A DNA stretch of 64,000 nt from Bradymonadia bacterium (GCA_046290225.1 JBKAGE010000036.1:32001-96000), one strand, 5' to 3'. Shown: positions 46,401 through 53,749, counted from the stretch's first letter. Made by a program: numbers and translations. Notes: a model not told the origin generated them from the letters alone.

Positions 46401-49334
46401 AAGTGCTGGGGCTACAACGCCCATGGTCAGCTCGGTGTGCTGGCCACGGATCACCGCGGTGACGCCGCGGATGAGATGGGTGACGATCTCGAGTACGCCA
46501 AGATCCCCATGGATCGCGAAGTGGTCGACCTTGCCCTCGGCGAGTACCACAGCTGTGTGCGCCTCGCGGACGGCAATGTGAAGTGCTGGGGCTACAACGG
46601 CAACGGCCAGCTCGGCTACGGTGACACCCGATCCCGCGGCGACACCAGCGGTGGCATCGGGCGAGATTTGCCCACGGTGGATCTCGGCGACGGCGTGGTC
46701 GTGGTCTCGGTGGCTCAAGGCTACCGACACACCTGCGCCCTCACCGAAGAGGGTCTCGTGAAGTGCTGGGGTTACAACGGCAACGGCCAGCTCGGCCAGG
46801 GCCACTCAAGCAACCGCGGCAATTCCCGGAGCCACATGGGCGACAACCTGCCCTATGTCGATCTCGGCACGGATCGCACGGCGATCTCCATCACCGCGGG
46901 CTACAGCCACACCTGCGCATTGCTGGACAACAACCGGGTGAAGTGCTGGGGCTACAACGGACACGGCAACCTTGGCCAGGGCAACACCACCCAGCGCGGC
47001 GACGGCAGCAACGAGATGGGTGACAACCTCGCCTACACTGATCTCGGAGATGGCTTCGCTGCCACGGCCATCAGCGCCGGCGACTACCACACCTGTGCGA
47101 TCTTGAACGACGGCGCGGTGAAGTGCTGGGGCTACAACGGCAACGGCAGCCTCGGCCTCGGCAACACCGCCTACCGCGGTGACGGCGCCAACGAGATGGG
47201 CAACAACCTGCCTGCTGTGGATCTCGGCACTGGCCGCACGGCGCAGTTCATCTCCTCCGGCGGCTATCACACCTGCGCGGTGCTCGACGACAACAGCGTC
47301 AAGTGCTGGGGGTACAACGGCCACGGCAACCTCGGCCAGGGCAACACCACCCAGCGCGGCGACGGCAGCAACGAGATGGGCGATGCCCTGTTGGTGACCG
47401 ATCTGGGGCCGAACCGTCGGGCCCTCGCCATCAGCGCCGGCACCTATCACACCTGCGTCATCCTCGACAGCGGCGACACCAAGTGCTGGGGCTACAACGG
47501 CTATGGTCAGCTCGGCACTGGCAACACCAGCTACTACGGCGACAGCGCCAACGAGATGGGCGACAACCTGCCTGCCGTCAACCTCGGCGCCGGTCGCACC
47601 GCCCAGTCGGTCATGGCCCACGTGAACCACAGCTGCGCCGCCCTCGACGACAACAGCGTCAAGTGCTGGGGCCGCAACAACTACGGCCAGCTCGGCCAGG
47701 GCAGCACCCAGCAGATCGACAACAGCGTCGAGTTCGGCGACAACCTCGTCGCCGTGGATCTCGGCCTCGACACCATCGACCCCCGCAACGCCCTCAACAA
47801 CGGCAACCCCGTACCCTGTGACGACACGGATGAGGACGGCATCTGCGATGGCGGTGACAACTGCCCGCTGGTGGCCAACCTCGACCAGGCTGATCGGGAC
47901 TTCGACGGCATCGGCAACGTCTGCGACGTGTGCCCCGATGATGCGTTGAACGACGGGGACAACGACGGTCACTGTGGCTCGGTGGACAACTGCCCCGTCA
48001 TCGCCAACGCCGATCAGGCCAACGCGGACGGAGATGCCTTCGGTGATGTCTGCGACGCGTGCACCTTCGACGCCGACAACGACATCGACGCCGACGGCAT
48101 CTGCGGCGACGTGGACAACTGCCCCACGCTGTCCAACCCCGACCAGCGGGACGACGACGGCAACGGTCTCGGCGATGCCTGTGTAGCCACCGACGCCGAG
48201 ATCGGTCCCGACACCAACATCCACCCCTCGGTCATCATCAGCTCCGGCTGTGTCATCGGGAATGCAGTGCAGATCGGCGCCAACACGCTGCTCAAGCCCA
48301 ACTGCCGCCTCGACAGCAACGTGGTGGTGGGGGCTGACGTGGTCATCGGCATCAGCACTCACCTGCACGCCTACGCCAGCGTCGGTGACGGGTCCAACAT
48401 CGGCGACGGCGCCGAGATCGGCCAGTTCAGCCACTTTGGCGCCAACACGCTGGTGGCGGCAGACGTGGCCATCGGCCGCCGGGTCACCGTGGGTGACAAC
48501 GCCCAGATCGCCGGCACCATGGGCAACTCCATCGGCATCGGCGACGACTTCATCCTCGGCGCTGGCTCCGACTGGCAGAACAACATGACCGCTGGGGATC
48601 GGGTGACGATCGGCGCCAACTCGGTCATCGAGTCGAACACCCGCATCGGCAACGATGTGGTCATCGGCGACGAAGGCTTCGCGGGTGACTACACCACCAT
48701 CGAGAGCGATGTGACCTTCGGTGTGAGGGCCTACCTCGCCGACGGTACCGAGATCGGTAACCGGGTGGTCACTGGGGACGACTTCGAGTCTCGAGGCTTC
48801 GTCCGCGACGACATCACCGCCGGCGACAATGTCTTCATCGGCGTACAGGGCACCGTGAGCCCTGGTGCCCAGCTCGCCGACAACAGCTCGGTGAGCAACT
48901 ACGCCACCGTGGGCCCCGACGCGGTGCTCGCCGCCGACGTACGTGTCTACGACCGCGCAGTGGTGGGTGCCCGGGTCAACCTCGGCGCCAACACTGTGGT
49001 GCTCTTCAACGCTCAGATAGGCGACGACTTCACCATGGGCTCCGACGGCATCATCGATGATGGATCCATCGTCGGTGACAACTGCACCTTCGGCACCAAC
49101 AGCCGGGTCTGGCCCTACGTCACCATCGGCGACAACGGCAACTTCGGCTCTGGGGTGATCATCGGCCTGAACGCCGAGGTGGGCGTCGACGCCCTCTTCG
49201 AGAACAACGTCACCGTGTGGGCCGAGACGGTCATCGGGGATCGCGTGATTCTGCGTCAGGGCTCCGAGGTTCGCTACCAGGCCACCGTGGCCAGCGACGC
49301 CGAGGTGGGCGCCAACCAGATCGTCGAGCGCTGA
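37470..49334 (+). CDS. Giant secreted RCC1-repeat protein (56 blades) + TSP3 Ca-binding repeats + hexapeptide left-handed beta-helix
   Basis: Sec-like signal peptide; 56 'H-x-C...[KQ]CWG-x-N-x-x-GQLG' repeats (manual count); DNCP/DxDxDG repeats at ~47817-48185; [IV]-G-x-x-x-x hexapeptides at ~48195-49330. Confidence 0.93.
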   Translation: MFNLNSGSSGRAWRVALMLVGGFAASAPMTVSAEHQCVVQVDGTVKCWGLNNYGQLGQGDSHNRGTESPEMYDALLDINLGTGRTSTQLEANLNSTCAILDDGGVKCWGYNGYGQLGHGNTTQRGDGSNETGDNLPYTDLGTDGQGNDLDATDLAMGDRHVCAVLNNGGVKCWGNNGSGRLGQGNTTQRGDGANEMGDNLAYTALGTGYTATQIDAFTTHTCAVLNTGELKCWGYNNYGQLGQGDTSARGTQQPEMFGALGDINLGTGRTATHVAQGNTHACAILDDGTLKCWGYNGYGQLGQNNTTQLGDGANETGDNLPTVDLGTGRSATQVTLADRHSCAILDDGSVKCWGYNGHGQLGQGNTTQRGDGANEMGDNLTTVDLGTGRTAAQIDANYYHTCALLDDGTVKCWGYNSNGQLGQGDTRNRGTQAPEMNSALGDIDLGSGTSVVSLEAGANYSCAILDDNSLKCWGYNGYGNLGQGNTTQRGDGANEMGDNLAVTDLGTGRTATDVGAGLYHACARLDDGSVKCWGYNNYGQLGQGNTTQRGDGANEMGDNLVAVDLGTGRTATAVDAFSSTSCAVLDDGSVKCWGYNGYGQLGQEDTLSRGNQQPEMYDALLDVDLGTGRTVSKVEGGEAFSCAVLDDGSVKCWGYNGYGNLGQGNTTQRGDGANEMGDNLAVTDLGTGRTATDVGLGRYHACALLDDGSVKCWGYNGYGQLGQGNTTQRGDGANEMGDNLVAVDLGTGRTATAVDAMGDFSCALLDDGSVKCWGYNGYGNLGQEDTLSRGTQQPEMYGALDDVNLGTGRTVQHAAVGNRHNCVILDDDTVKCWGYNGYGNLGQGNTSARGDSATEMGDNLAVTDLGTGRTAQQLAAGEDHACALLDDNSIKCWGRNNYGQLGQGNTTQRGDGANEMGDNLAAVDLGVGRTATAIDARGGQTCAILDTGDMKCWGYNGYGQLGQGDTNARGNTLPERFGFIDDVDVGTGRTLQQVETSGQHICALLDDGQVKCWGYNAQGQLGLNTTGNRGDSVSELGDNLAYAILGNDPQGSPWTATDIGAGYRHSCALLSNGEVKCWGHNNYGQLGIGNTTQTGDNANEMGDNLATVDLGTGRTATDIDVRFSTTCATLDTGDMKCWGYNGYGQLGQGDTNSRGTQPEEMFDSLEDINVGTGRTFDWIETGGYFTCGLLDNDLLKCWGRNNRGQLAQGNSTTRGDGTNEMGDNLAYASLGTGRTVQSVGTGLQHACALLDNGQVKCWGYNGHGNLGLGNTTYIGDAVSEIGDNMQAVDLGTGRTATQLWVGPYHSCARLNTGETKCWGLNNYGQLGYGDTAYRGDGGNEMGDNLPAVDVGTGRTIVEMALGQQHSCARLDNGTVKCWGRNNFGNLGQGNTTTRGDGANEMGDNLAITNLGTGRTATHIEAGYYHTCAILDNGDTKCWGYNNQGQLGYGNTTSLGTNAGHMGDGLAAVDLGTGLTAVSLGAFGSHTCAVLSDATVKCWGENNNGELGIGTTDNRGDAANEMGDNLPRARIPADTAVVQVSGGYNQTCARYADGTGKCWGYNGYGLLGYEDTVQRGDISYAVGDELPSIDLGTGRTVAQSSVGYHHVCALLDDNSIKCWGRNDLGQLGQGNNTQRGDGANEMGDNLAAVDLGTDNGTPFVVTKLVSGHYHNCALFNDGRAKCWGYNNSGQLGIESTSTRGTSATHMGDNLAFVNVGAGRTITDIDAGGNHTCATLDDNTVKCWGENNNGELNLGSSDNRGDGANEMGDNLLTADIIYDRPLAGVIAGENHSCAIFNDGNMQCWGYNGHGQLLRGDTTQIGDLGYAIADDLRPILLGTGRTVSAVSMGTHHTCALLDDNTVKCWGRNDLGQLGQGNNTQRGDGINEMGDNLAAVDLGTDGGVPFVISQLVSGDHHNCVRFNDGRVKCWGYNVYGQLGIENNSNRGTSATHMGDNLAFVDLGTGRTATHIEAGHNHTCATLDDNSVKCWGYNNGGQLGLGDTANRGDNADEMGDDLAPAKILSIGRAPAYTFSGATHTCVAYDDGNVKCWGSNGSGRLGYGDSLSRGDATGGAGDDLDGIALGTGRTAVQLSVGYHHVCALLDDNSVKCWGRNDLGQLGQGSNTQRGDGINEMGDNLAAVDLGTDGGNPLVVSQLISGAHHNCVRFNDGRVKCWGYNVYGQLGIENNSNRGTSATHMGDNLAFVDLGTGRTATHIEAGYHHTCATLDDETVKCWGYNNGGQLGRGDTHNRGDNASEMGDDLETVKLFFHRPPVATAGGNTHSCMVFNDGNIKCWGSNSNGRLGYGDTLSRGDNTGGLSDDLEPIDLGTGITATDVAVGYYHACALLADNQVKCWGYNAYGQLGFGGTAQTGDSLNEMGDNLGHALLGTDNGNPLQVSQLVSGNHHMCALFGGTAAGQVKCWGYNGHGQLGYGNTNHRGDGGVGELGDNLPFVDLGTGRSATFLTAGANHTCAVLDNARVKCWGYNGNGQLGLLDTVSRGDGADEMGDNLEYAKIPTSRPVVALSAGDNHTCAIYDNGTSKCWGSNSNGRLGYGDTLSRGDNSGGLGDDLDPVALGTNAQGDPLLATQVAAGYTHSCALLDNGRVKCWGYNGYGNLGTGNTTQYGDSANEMGDNLPFVDLGTDNQGDPLLATKVTAGTYFSCALLENNTAKCWGYNGHGQMAQGDTNHRGDAGASELGDNLPAINFGTGLYPVDIEAYYYHACATLNDDTVKCWGYNAHGQLGLLETNSRGDIVQEIGDGMERPKIIFDRDVVQVIPGYLSTCVRFDDGNVKCWGNNGNGQLLQGDTLSRGDNSGGLGDDLEPIDLGFNSQGQRHTVSQVTTGYLFTCALLDDGNVKCWGYNGNGQLGLGHTSTRGNSQNQMGDNLPYVDLGTGRTATRIEAGYYHVCAQLDNDEVKCWGHNSSGRLGQGNTTQRGDGANEMGDNLAAVSYGDGLQSKAVRIGSYHGCSIVEDNEGTTTGVKCWGYNAHGQLGVLATDHRGDAADEMGDDLEYAKIPMDREVVDLALGEYHSCVRLADGNVKCWGYNGNGQLGYGDTRSRGDTSGGIGRDLPTVDLGDGVVVVSVAQGYRHTCALTEEGLVKCWGYNGNGQLGQGHSSNRGNSRSHMGDNLPYVDLGTDRTAISITAGYSHTCALLDNNRVKCWGYNGHGNLGQGNTTQRGDGSNEMGDNLAYTDLGDGFAATAISAGDYHTCAILNDGAVKCWGYNGNGSLGLGNTAYRGDGANEMGNNLPAVDLGTGRTAQFISSGGYHTCAVLDDNSVKCWGYNGHGNLGQGNTTQRGDGSNEMGDALLVTDLGPNRRALAISAGTYHTCVILDSGDTKCWGYNGYGQLGTGNTSYYGDSANEMGDNLPAVNLGAGRTAQSVMAHVNHSCAALDDNSVKCWGRNNYGQLGQGSTQQIDNSVEFGDNLVAVDLGLDTIDPRNALNNGNPVPCDDTDEDGICDGGDNCPLVANLDQADRDFDGIGNVCDVCPDDALNDGDNDGHCGSVDNCPVIANADQANADGDAFGDVCDACTFDADNDIDADGICGDVDNCPTLSNPDQRDDDGNGLGDACVATDAEIGPDTNIHPSVIISSGCVIGNAVQIGANTLLKPNCRLDSNVVVGADVVIGISTHLHAYASVGDGSNIGDGAEIGQFSHFGANTLVAADVAIGRRVTVGDNAQIAGTMGNSIGIGDDFILGAGSDWQNNMTAGDRVTIGANSVIESNTRIGNDVVIGDEGFAGDYTTIESDVTFGVRAYLADGTEIGNRVVTGDDFESRGFVRDDITAGDNVFIGVQGTVSPGAQLADNSSVSNYATVGPDAVLAADVRVYDRAVVGARVNLGANTVVLFNAQIGDDFTMGSDGIIDDGSIVGDNCTFGTNSRVWPYVTIGDNGNFGSGVIIGLNAEVGVDALFENNVTVWAETVIGDRVILRQGSEVRYQATVASDAEVGANQIVER
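37570..47770 (+). repeat. Array of 56 ~180-bp RCC1-like coding repeats with 540-bp and ~735-bp higher-order periodicity
   Basis: Recurrent aagtgctggggctacaac...gagatgggcgacaacctc; near-identical blocks offset by 540 bp (38880 vs 39420) and by 735 bp (43047 vs 43782). Confidence 0.95.
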
Positions 49335-49448
49335 TGTCGGGGCCGCTCGCGCCCTGACCCCCTCCGACAGCATCTCTTCTCAAGGCACAGCCGGGTCATG
49401 TTAGGTTGCCCCGTCTGTTGATCTGCCCAGTCACGAGAAGAGCCTCCC

Positions 49449-51443
49449 ATGGACGACACCACTCTCGCAGCCGCCCTCGCGGGCACCCCCTACGCTGGCG
49501 ATTTGCCCGGCCTCGACGCACTCATCGCCGGCGTGCATGCCGCCCCCCGGCCACGGGATCCCAGAGCCTGGATGGTTCTGGCAGGCGTCGATCCGACGAG
49601 CGAAGCCGCTGATCATCTGCAGGCCCGCTTCGAGGCGCTGACTCCCGCAGCCATCGAGGCCCCCTCGCCTGCAGCCCGCGTGGAGGCCCTGCGAGCGGCC
49701 ATGAGTGCCCGTGATCTCGCAGGCTTCGTCATCCCCCGGGCTGACGCCCACCAGGGGGAGTATGTACCTTCCTGCGCCGAGCGCCTCGCCTGGCTCACGG
49801 ACTTTACGGGCTCTGCCGGGGCCGCGGTGGTGCTTCGAGAGAAGGCGGCAGTCTTCGTCGACGGTCGATACACCCTTCAGGTCACCGATCAGGTCGATCT
49901 CGATCTGTTCGAGACGCTGCACCTCATCAATGATCCCCACGTGCGTTGGGCCGCAGATCAGCTGAGCGCTGGCGATCGCCTGGGGTACGATCCACGCCTG
50001 CACACGCTGAGCTGGATCGAGCGGGCCACGGCCACCCTCGAGGCCGTCGGCGCCACCCTGGTTCCCGTGGACGCCAACCTGGTGGACGAGGCCTGGGGTG
50101 ATGCCCGACCACCGGCCCCCATCTCTCCGGTCATCTCACAGAGCATCGAGCTCGCTGGCGAGTCGAGCGCGGACAAGCGGGTGGCCATCGGCGAAGCCCT
50201 CGCCCTGGCGAAGATCCCGGCGGACGCCACCGTGCTCACCCGACCAGAGTCCATCGCATGGCTGCTCAACGTCCGCGGCGCCGATGTGCCGCGTACACCA
50301 CTGCCCTTGTCATACGCCATCGTGCGCAGCACCGGCGCAGTGCAGTGGTTCATCGATCCCCGCAAGCTCACCCCTGCTGTCACCGAAGGCCTCGACGCCG
50401 AGGTCACAGTGCACCCCATCGAGGATCTCGGCTCTGCCCTTCAAGCCCTCGGCGGGACCGTGCAGGTCGACCCGGCTCAGGACAGCGGCTGGATCGGCGA
50501 TCACCTCCGTGCCGGTGGGGCCACCCTGAGCAAGGCTCAAGATCCGACCCTGATGCCCAAGGCCACCAAGAACGCCGCGGAGCAGGCGGGCACCCGGGCT
50601 GCGCACCTGAGAGACGGCGTGGCGCTGGTGAAGTTCCTCGCCTGGATCGACGCCCACGGCCCCTCGGGTTCGATCACCGAGCTTCAGGCCGTGGATCAGT
50701 TGTACGCCTTCAGGGCCGAGAGCGAGCTGCTGCGGGATCTCAGCTTCGACACCATCTCGGGCAGCGGCCCCAACGGCGCCATCGTGCACTACCGGGTCAC
50801 CGAAGAGAGCGATCGCCCCCTGGGACCCGGAGAGCTGTACCTCGTGGACAGCGGCGCTCAGTACCCTGACGGCACCACCGACGTGACCCGCACTGTGGCC
50901 ATCGGCGAGCCCACGGACGAGATGCGGCACCGATTCACCCGGGTACTGCAGGGGCACATCGCTCTGGGCTGCGCCTGCTTCCCCGAAGGCACCACGGGCA
51001 GTCACCTCGACGTGCTGGCCCGTATGCCGCTCTGGCGCGATGGTCTCGATTACGATCACGGCACGGGTCACGGCGTGGGCAGCTACCTCTCGGTGCACGA
51101 GGGGCCTCAACGCATCTCTCAGCGAATGAGCACCGTGCCATTGCAGGTGGGCATGATCTGCTCCAACGAGCCAGGCTTCTATCAGACCGACGGCTACGGC
51201 ATCCGCATCGAGAACCTGGTGCTGGTGGTGCCTGCCGAGGGGCTGCTGGGCGATCGGGCGATGCTGAGCTTCGAGACCCTGACCCTGGCGCCGATCGATC
51301 GACGCCTCATCGACACCGCGATGCTCACCGAGAGCGAGCGGGCATGGGTCGACGCCTATCACGCTCGGGTGCGTGAGGCCCTCAGCCCCCACCTCGACGC
51401 AGAGACGGTGCGCTGGCTCGAGGCGGCCACTCAGGCGCTGTGA
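49449..51443 (+). CDS. pepP: Xaa-Pro aminopeptidase (aminopeptidase P, M24B)
   Basis: DAHQGEY, FTGSAG, DGRY, DSGAQY.DGTTDVTRT, HGTGHGVG.YL.VHEGP, SNEPG and GIRIENL. Confidence 0.93.
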   Translation: MDDTTLAAALAGTPYAGDLPGLDALIAGVHAAPRPRDPRAWMVLAGVDPTSEAADHLQARFEALTPAAIEAPSPAARVEALRAAMSARDLAGFVIPRADAHQGEYVPSCAERLAWLTDFTGSAGAAVVLREKAAVFVDGRYTLQVTDQVDLDLFETLHLINDPHVRWAADQLSAGDRLGYDPRLHTLSWIERATATLEAVGATLVPVDANLVDEAWGDARPPAPISPVISQSIELAGESSADKRVAIGEALALAKIPADATVLTRPESIAWLLNVRGADVPRTPLPLSYAIVRSTGAVQWFIDPRKLTPAVTEGLDAEVTVHPIEDLGSALQALGGTVQVDPAQDSGWIGDHLRAGGATLSKAQDPTLMPKATKNAAEQAGTRAAHLRDGVALVKFLAWIDAHGPSGSITELQAVDQLYAFRAESELLRDLSFDTISGSGPNGAIVHYRVTEESDRPLGPGELYLVDSGAQYPDGTTDVTRTVAIGEPTDEMRHRFTRVLQGHIALGCACFPEGTTGSHLDVLARMPLWRDGLDYDHGTGHGVGSYLSVHEGPQRISQRMSTVPLQVGMICSNEPGFYQTDGYGIRIENLVLVVPAEGLLGDRAMLSFETLTLAPIDRRLIDTAMLTESERAWVDAYHARVREALSPHLDAETVRWLEAATQAL

Positions 51444-51451
51444 CCCGAGAG

Positions 51452-51685
51452 TTACGCGCTCTCCTCGAAGATCAGCTCCGAGTCGGGGTGATGTGGGCAC
51501 TGCCACCTCGGGGTCTCCCCATCGGCGGCGATGTTTTGAGCGGGGTTGAGGCACGCCATGCAGACGGGGGCCGTGGGTTTGGGGACCTCGGGGCGCCCGG
51601 GCCAGCTGATGCCCACCATCTCGACGAATTGCCCCCAGAGACCCAACTTCTGCTCGCTCACCGTGTCCTCCGTAGAGTTCCCCAC
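51452..51685 (-). CDS. Small putative zinc-ribbon protein
   Basis: CMAC...WQCPHHP; the ORF fills the gap between convergent genes. Confidence 0.5.
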   Translation of the reverse strand: MGNSTEDTVSEQKLGLWGQFVEMVGISWPGRPEVPKPTAPVCMACLNPAQNIAADGETPRWQCPHHPDSELIFEESA

Positions 51686-51784
51686 CGTTCAGTTTGAAGC
51701 GAACGGCGAGGTCGTACGTACCCTCAGATGCCTGAATCGGCTCGCCGGTGCAAAGATGCCCTGTGGGCCACCCCATGTTAGAGC

Positions 51785-53359
51785 ATGGGGATGACCTGTG
51801 CATCTGGAGCAACCATGGGCCCTTCTCGTCTGATCTCCCTCGCCCCCTTGTGTCTCGGCCTCCTGGCCTGCGGAGGGGCCCAGGGTCAGGTGTCAGTGGC
51901 CCTGCCCGAGAACACGATCATCCTGGAGATCCCCGAAGCCCGCCTGGGGCCTCCAGAGCTCAGCTGCGCCGACGCCCTAGCCCATGCCGCCGCAGAGAAA
52001 GAAAAGCGCGACGCTGAGTCTTCCGCGGCCATCAGTGGCGATCCCAGCAAGCCGGTCCAGCCCGTGGACGCCCCGGAAGCGACCACGGTGAAGAACGCCA
52101 TGGTGACCGGCAACGCAGCAAAACGCCCCACCCTCAAGGGCTACACCAAGAAGGACAAGCTCCCCCTCACCCGCATCATCGTGGATCGCCGCAAGGTGAA
52201 GGTGAAGGATCTCCCCGGTGGCAAGCCCGACGAGTTGCCTCTGCAACCCCTCGAGGGCCCCACCAAGGCCCTGGAGAAGGTGGCGGAGGTGATGCGCAAG
52301 ATGACCCGCGGCGAGCGCACCCGCTTGTCGTTCTACGGCGCTTCCCACACGGGGGCAGACATGTGGACGGGTCAGGTGCGCCGCGTGCTCCAGGGCAAGT
52401 ATGGCGACATCGGTCACGGCTTCATCTTCCCAGCGGCGCTCTACAAGGGCTACCGCGGGGCGGACATCAATCTCTGCCGCACTGACGACTGGCGCCCTGA
52501 CTACGTGGGCAAGCGCGGCGGCCGGGGCGACGGGCTCTACGGCTTTGCCGGGGCCAGTCTCTCCAGCAACGATCCCTTGGACTTCGGCTGGGTGGAGACG
52601 ACCCACGAGTCGGAGCTGGGCCGCGTCGTGAGCCACTACGAGATCTTCGCTCTGGGCCAACCTGAGGGCGGCACCCTCGTGCTTCAAGTGGACGAGACCC
52701 CCATGCGAGAGGTCTCCACGGCCCGCGACGCCCACGGACTGGTCCACATCAGCGTACGCGTGCCCGAGGGCCCTCACCGCCTGACGCTGCGCCCCAAAGG
52801 GGACGGCGAGATCAGGCTCTTCGGGGTGAGCGCGGAGCGGAACGGTCCCGGGGTGCTGGTGGACGCCATGGGCATCCGCGGCCGCACGGCCCGCACGCAG
52901 CTGAGCTGGGACGCGGATCTCTTTGGCGCAGGCCTCAAGGCGCTGTCCCCAGATCTGCTGGTGCTGGCCTACGGCACCAACGAGGCAAACGCCCGTGGTT
53001 ACACCGATGACGGGTACCGGGAAGATCTCCGCGAGGTGCTGGCGAACATGCGCAAGATCGCCCCCGATGCGGCCTGTATCCTCGCGGGGCCCACGGATCG
53101 CGGGAAGAAGATCAGCCGCTCACGCTACCGTATCTGGGCCCGCACGGCCCCGGTGGCTCAGGTCCAGCGCGAGGTGGCAGGCGAATTCGATTGTGTGTTC
53201 TGGGACTGGCAGAAGGCCATGGGGGGTGAGGGCTCGATGATCGCCTGGCGCCTGCTGAAGAAGCCCTACGCCAGCAAGGATCTCATCCACTTGAGGTATC
53301 GTGGGTATGTGTGGTCGGCTGATCGGCTGATCGCGGCGATGGAAGCCACAGTGAAGTGA
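51785..53359 (+). CDS. SGNH/GDSL-family lipoprotein (PatB/AlgJ-like O-acetyltransferase or esterase)
   Basis: Lipobox LLAC; FYGASH, MGIRG, YGTNE and DLIH. Confidence 0.82.
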   Translation: MGMTCASGATMGPSRLISLAPLCLGLLACGGAQGQVSVALPENTIILEIPEARLGPPELSCADALAHAAAEKEKRDAESSAAISGDPSKPVQPVDAPEATTVKNAMVTGNAAKRPTLKGYTKKDKLPLTRIIVDRRKVKVKDLPGGKPDELPLQPLEGPTKALEKVAEVMRKMTRGERTRLSFYGASHTGADMWTGQVRRVLQGKYGDIGHGFIFPAALYKGYRGADINLCRTDDWRPDYVGKRGGRGDGLYGFAGASLSSNDPLDFGWVETTHESELGRVVSHYEIFALGQPEGGTLVLQVDETPMREVSTARDAHGLVHISVRVPEGPHRLTLRPKGDGEIRLFGVSAERNGPGVLVDAMGIRGRTARTQLSWDADLFGAGLKALSPDLLVLAYGTNEANARGYTDDGYREDLREVLANMRKIAPDAACILAGPTDRGKKISRSRYRIWARTAPVAQVQREVAGEFDCVFWDWQKAMGGEGSMIAWRLLKKPYASKDLIHLRYRGYVWSADRLIAAMEATVK

Positions 53360-53381
53360 TCCGGAGCCCCCTGTTCAATTG

Positions 53382-53680
53382 AAGAGAGTTTCGGGCACGG
53401 GCACGGGCACGGGCACGGGCACGAGTTGATTCGGGTGTGGACCCGTAACCCATCCTGAACTCAGGGCGAAGGCTGTCATTGAAACTGAGATGATGTGTTT
53501 TGGAACGACCTGAGAGTTCAGGTCTTGGGGTGTATGGAGGTCAAAACCTCCAATGAGAGACACATGGGGCCGAGTGGAGCCTCCACCATCACACACCCAC
53601 GAGCGGAGGTATGCAGGGCCACGGGTTCACACCCGAATCAACTCGTGCCCGTGCCCGTGCCCGTGCCCGAAAACCCTCTT
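53382..53680. repeat. ~300-bp inverted-repeat element with (CGGGCA)n arms and nested internal hairpins
   Basis: Left arm 53382-53451 with 5x CGGGCA is the near reverse complement of right arm 53616-53680 with 4x TGCCCG. Confidence 0.9.
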
Positions 53681-53749
53681 GCCCGCGGAGCGCCCCCCAA
53701 AACCACCAGAACACCCCACTCTGCAACCAGAGATGGGATATCCCCATCC

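Noticed and set aside
37570..47770. Regular ~180-bp repeats as a CRISPR array or DGR template/variable repeats
   Set aside because: The repeats are in-frame protein repeats varying mainly at third codon positions. There are no cas or reverse transcriptase genes and no adenine-specific mismatch pattern that I could see.
38457..49373. Long antisense ORFs (453-855 aa) opposite the giant RCC1 gene
   Set aside because: They are codon-register shadows of a high-GC repetitive gene, with Val/Ala/Gly-rich translations and no independent motifs.
53440..53475. ACCCGTAACCCATCCTGAACTCAG resembles part of 5S rRNA
   Set aside because: The flanking 5S helices do not match and there is no rRNA operon context; the sequence is explained by the inverted-repeat element.
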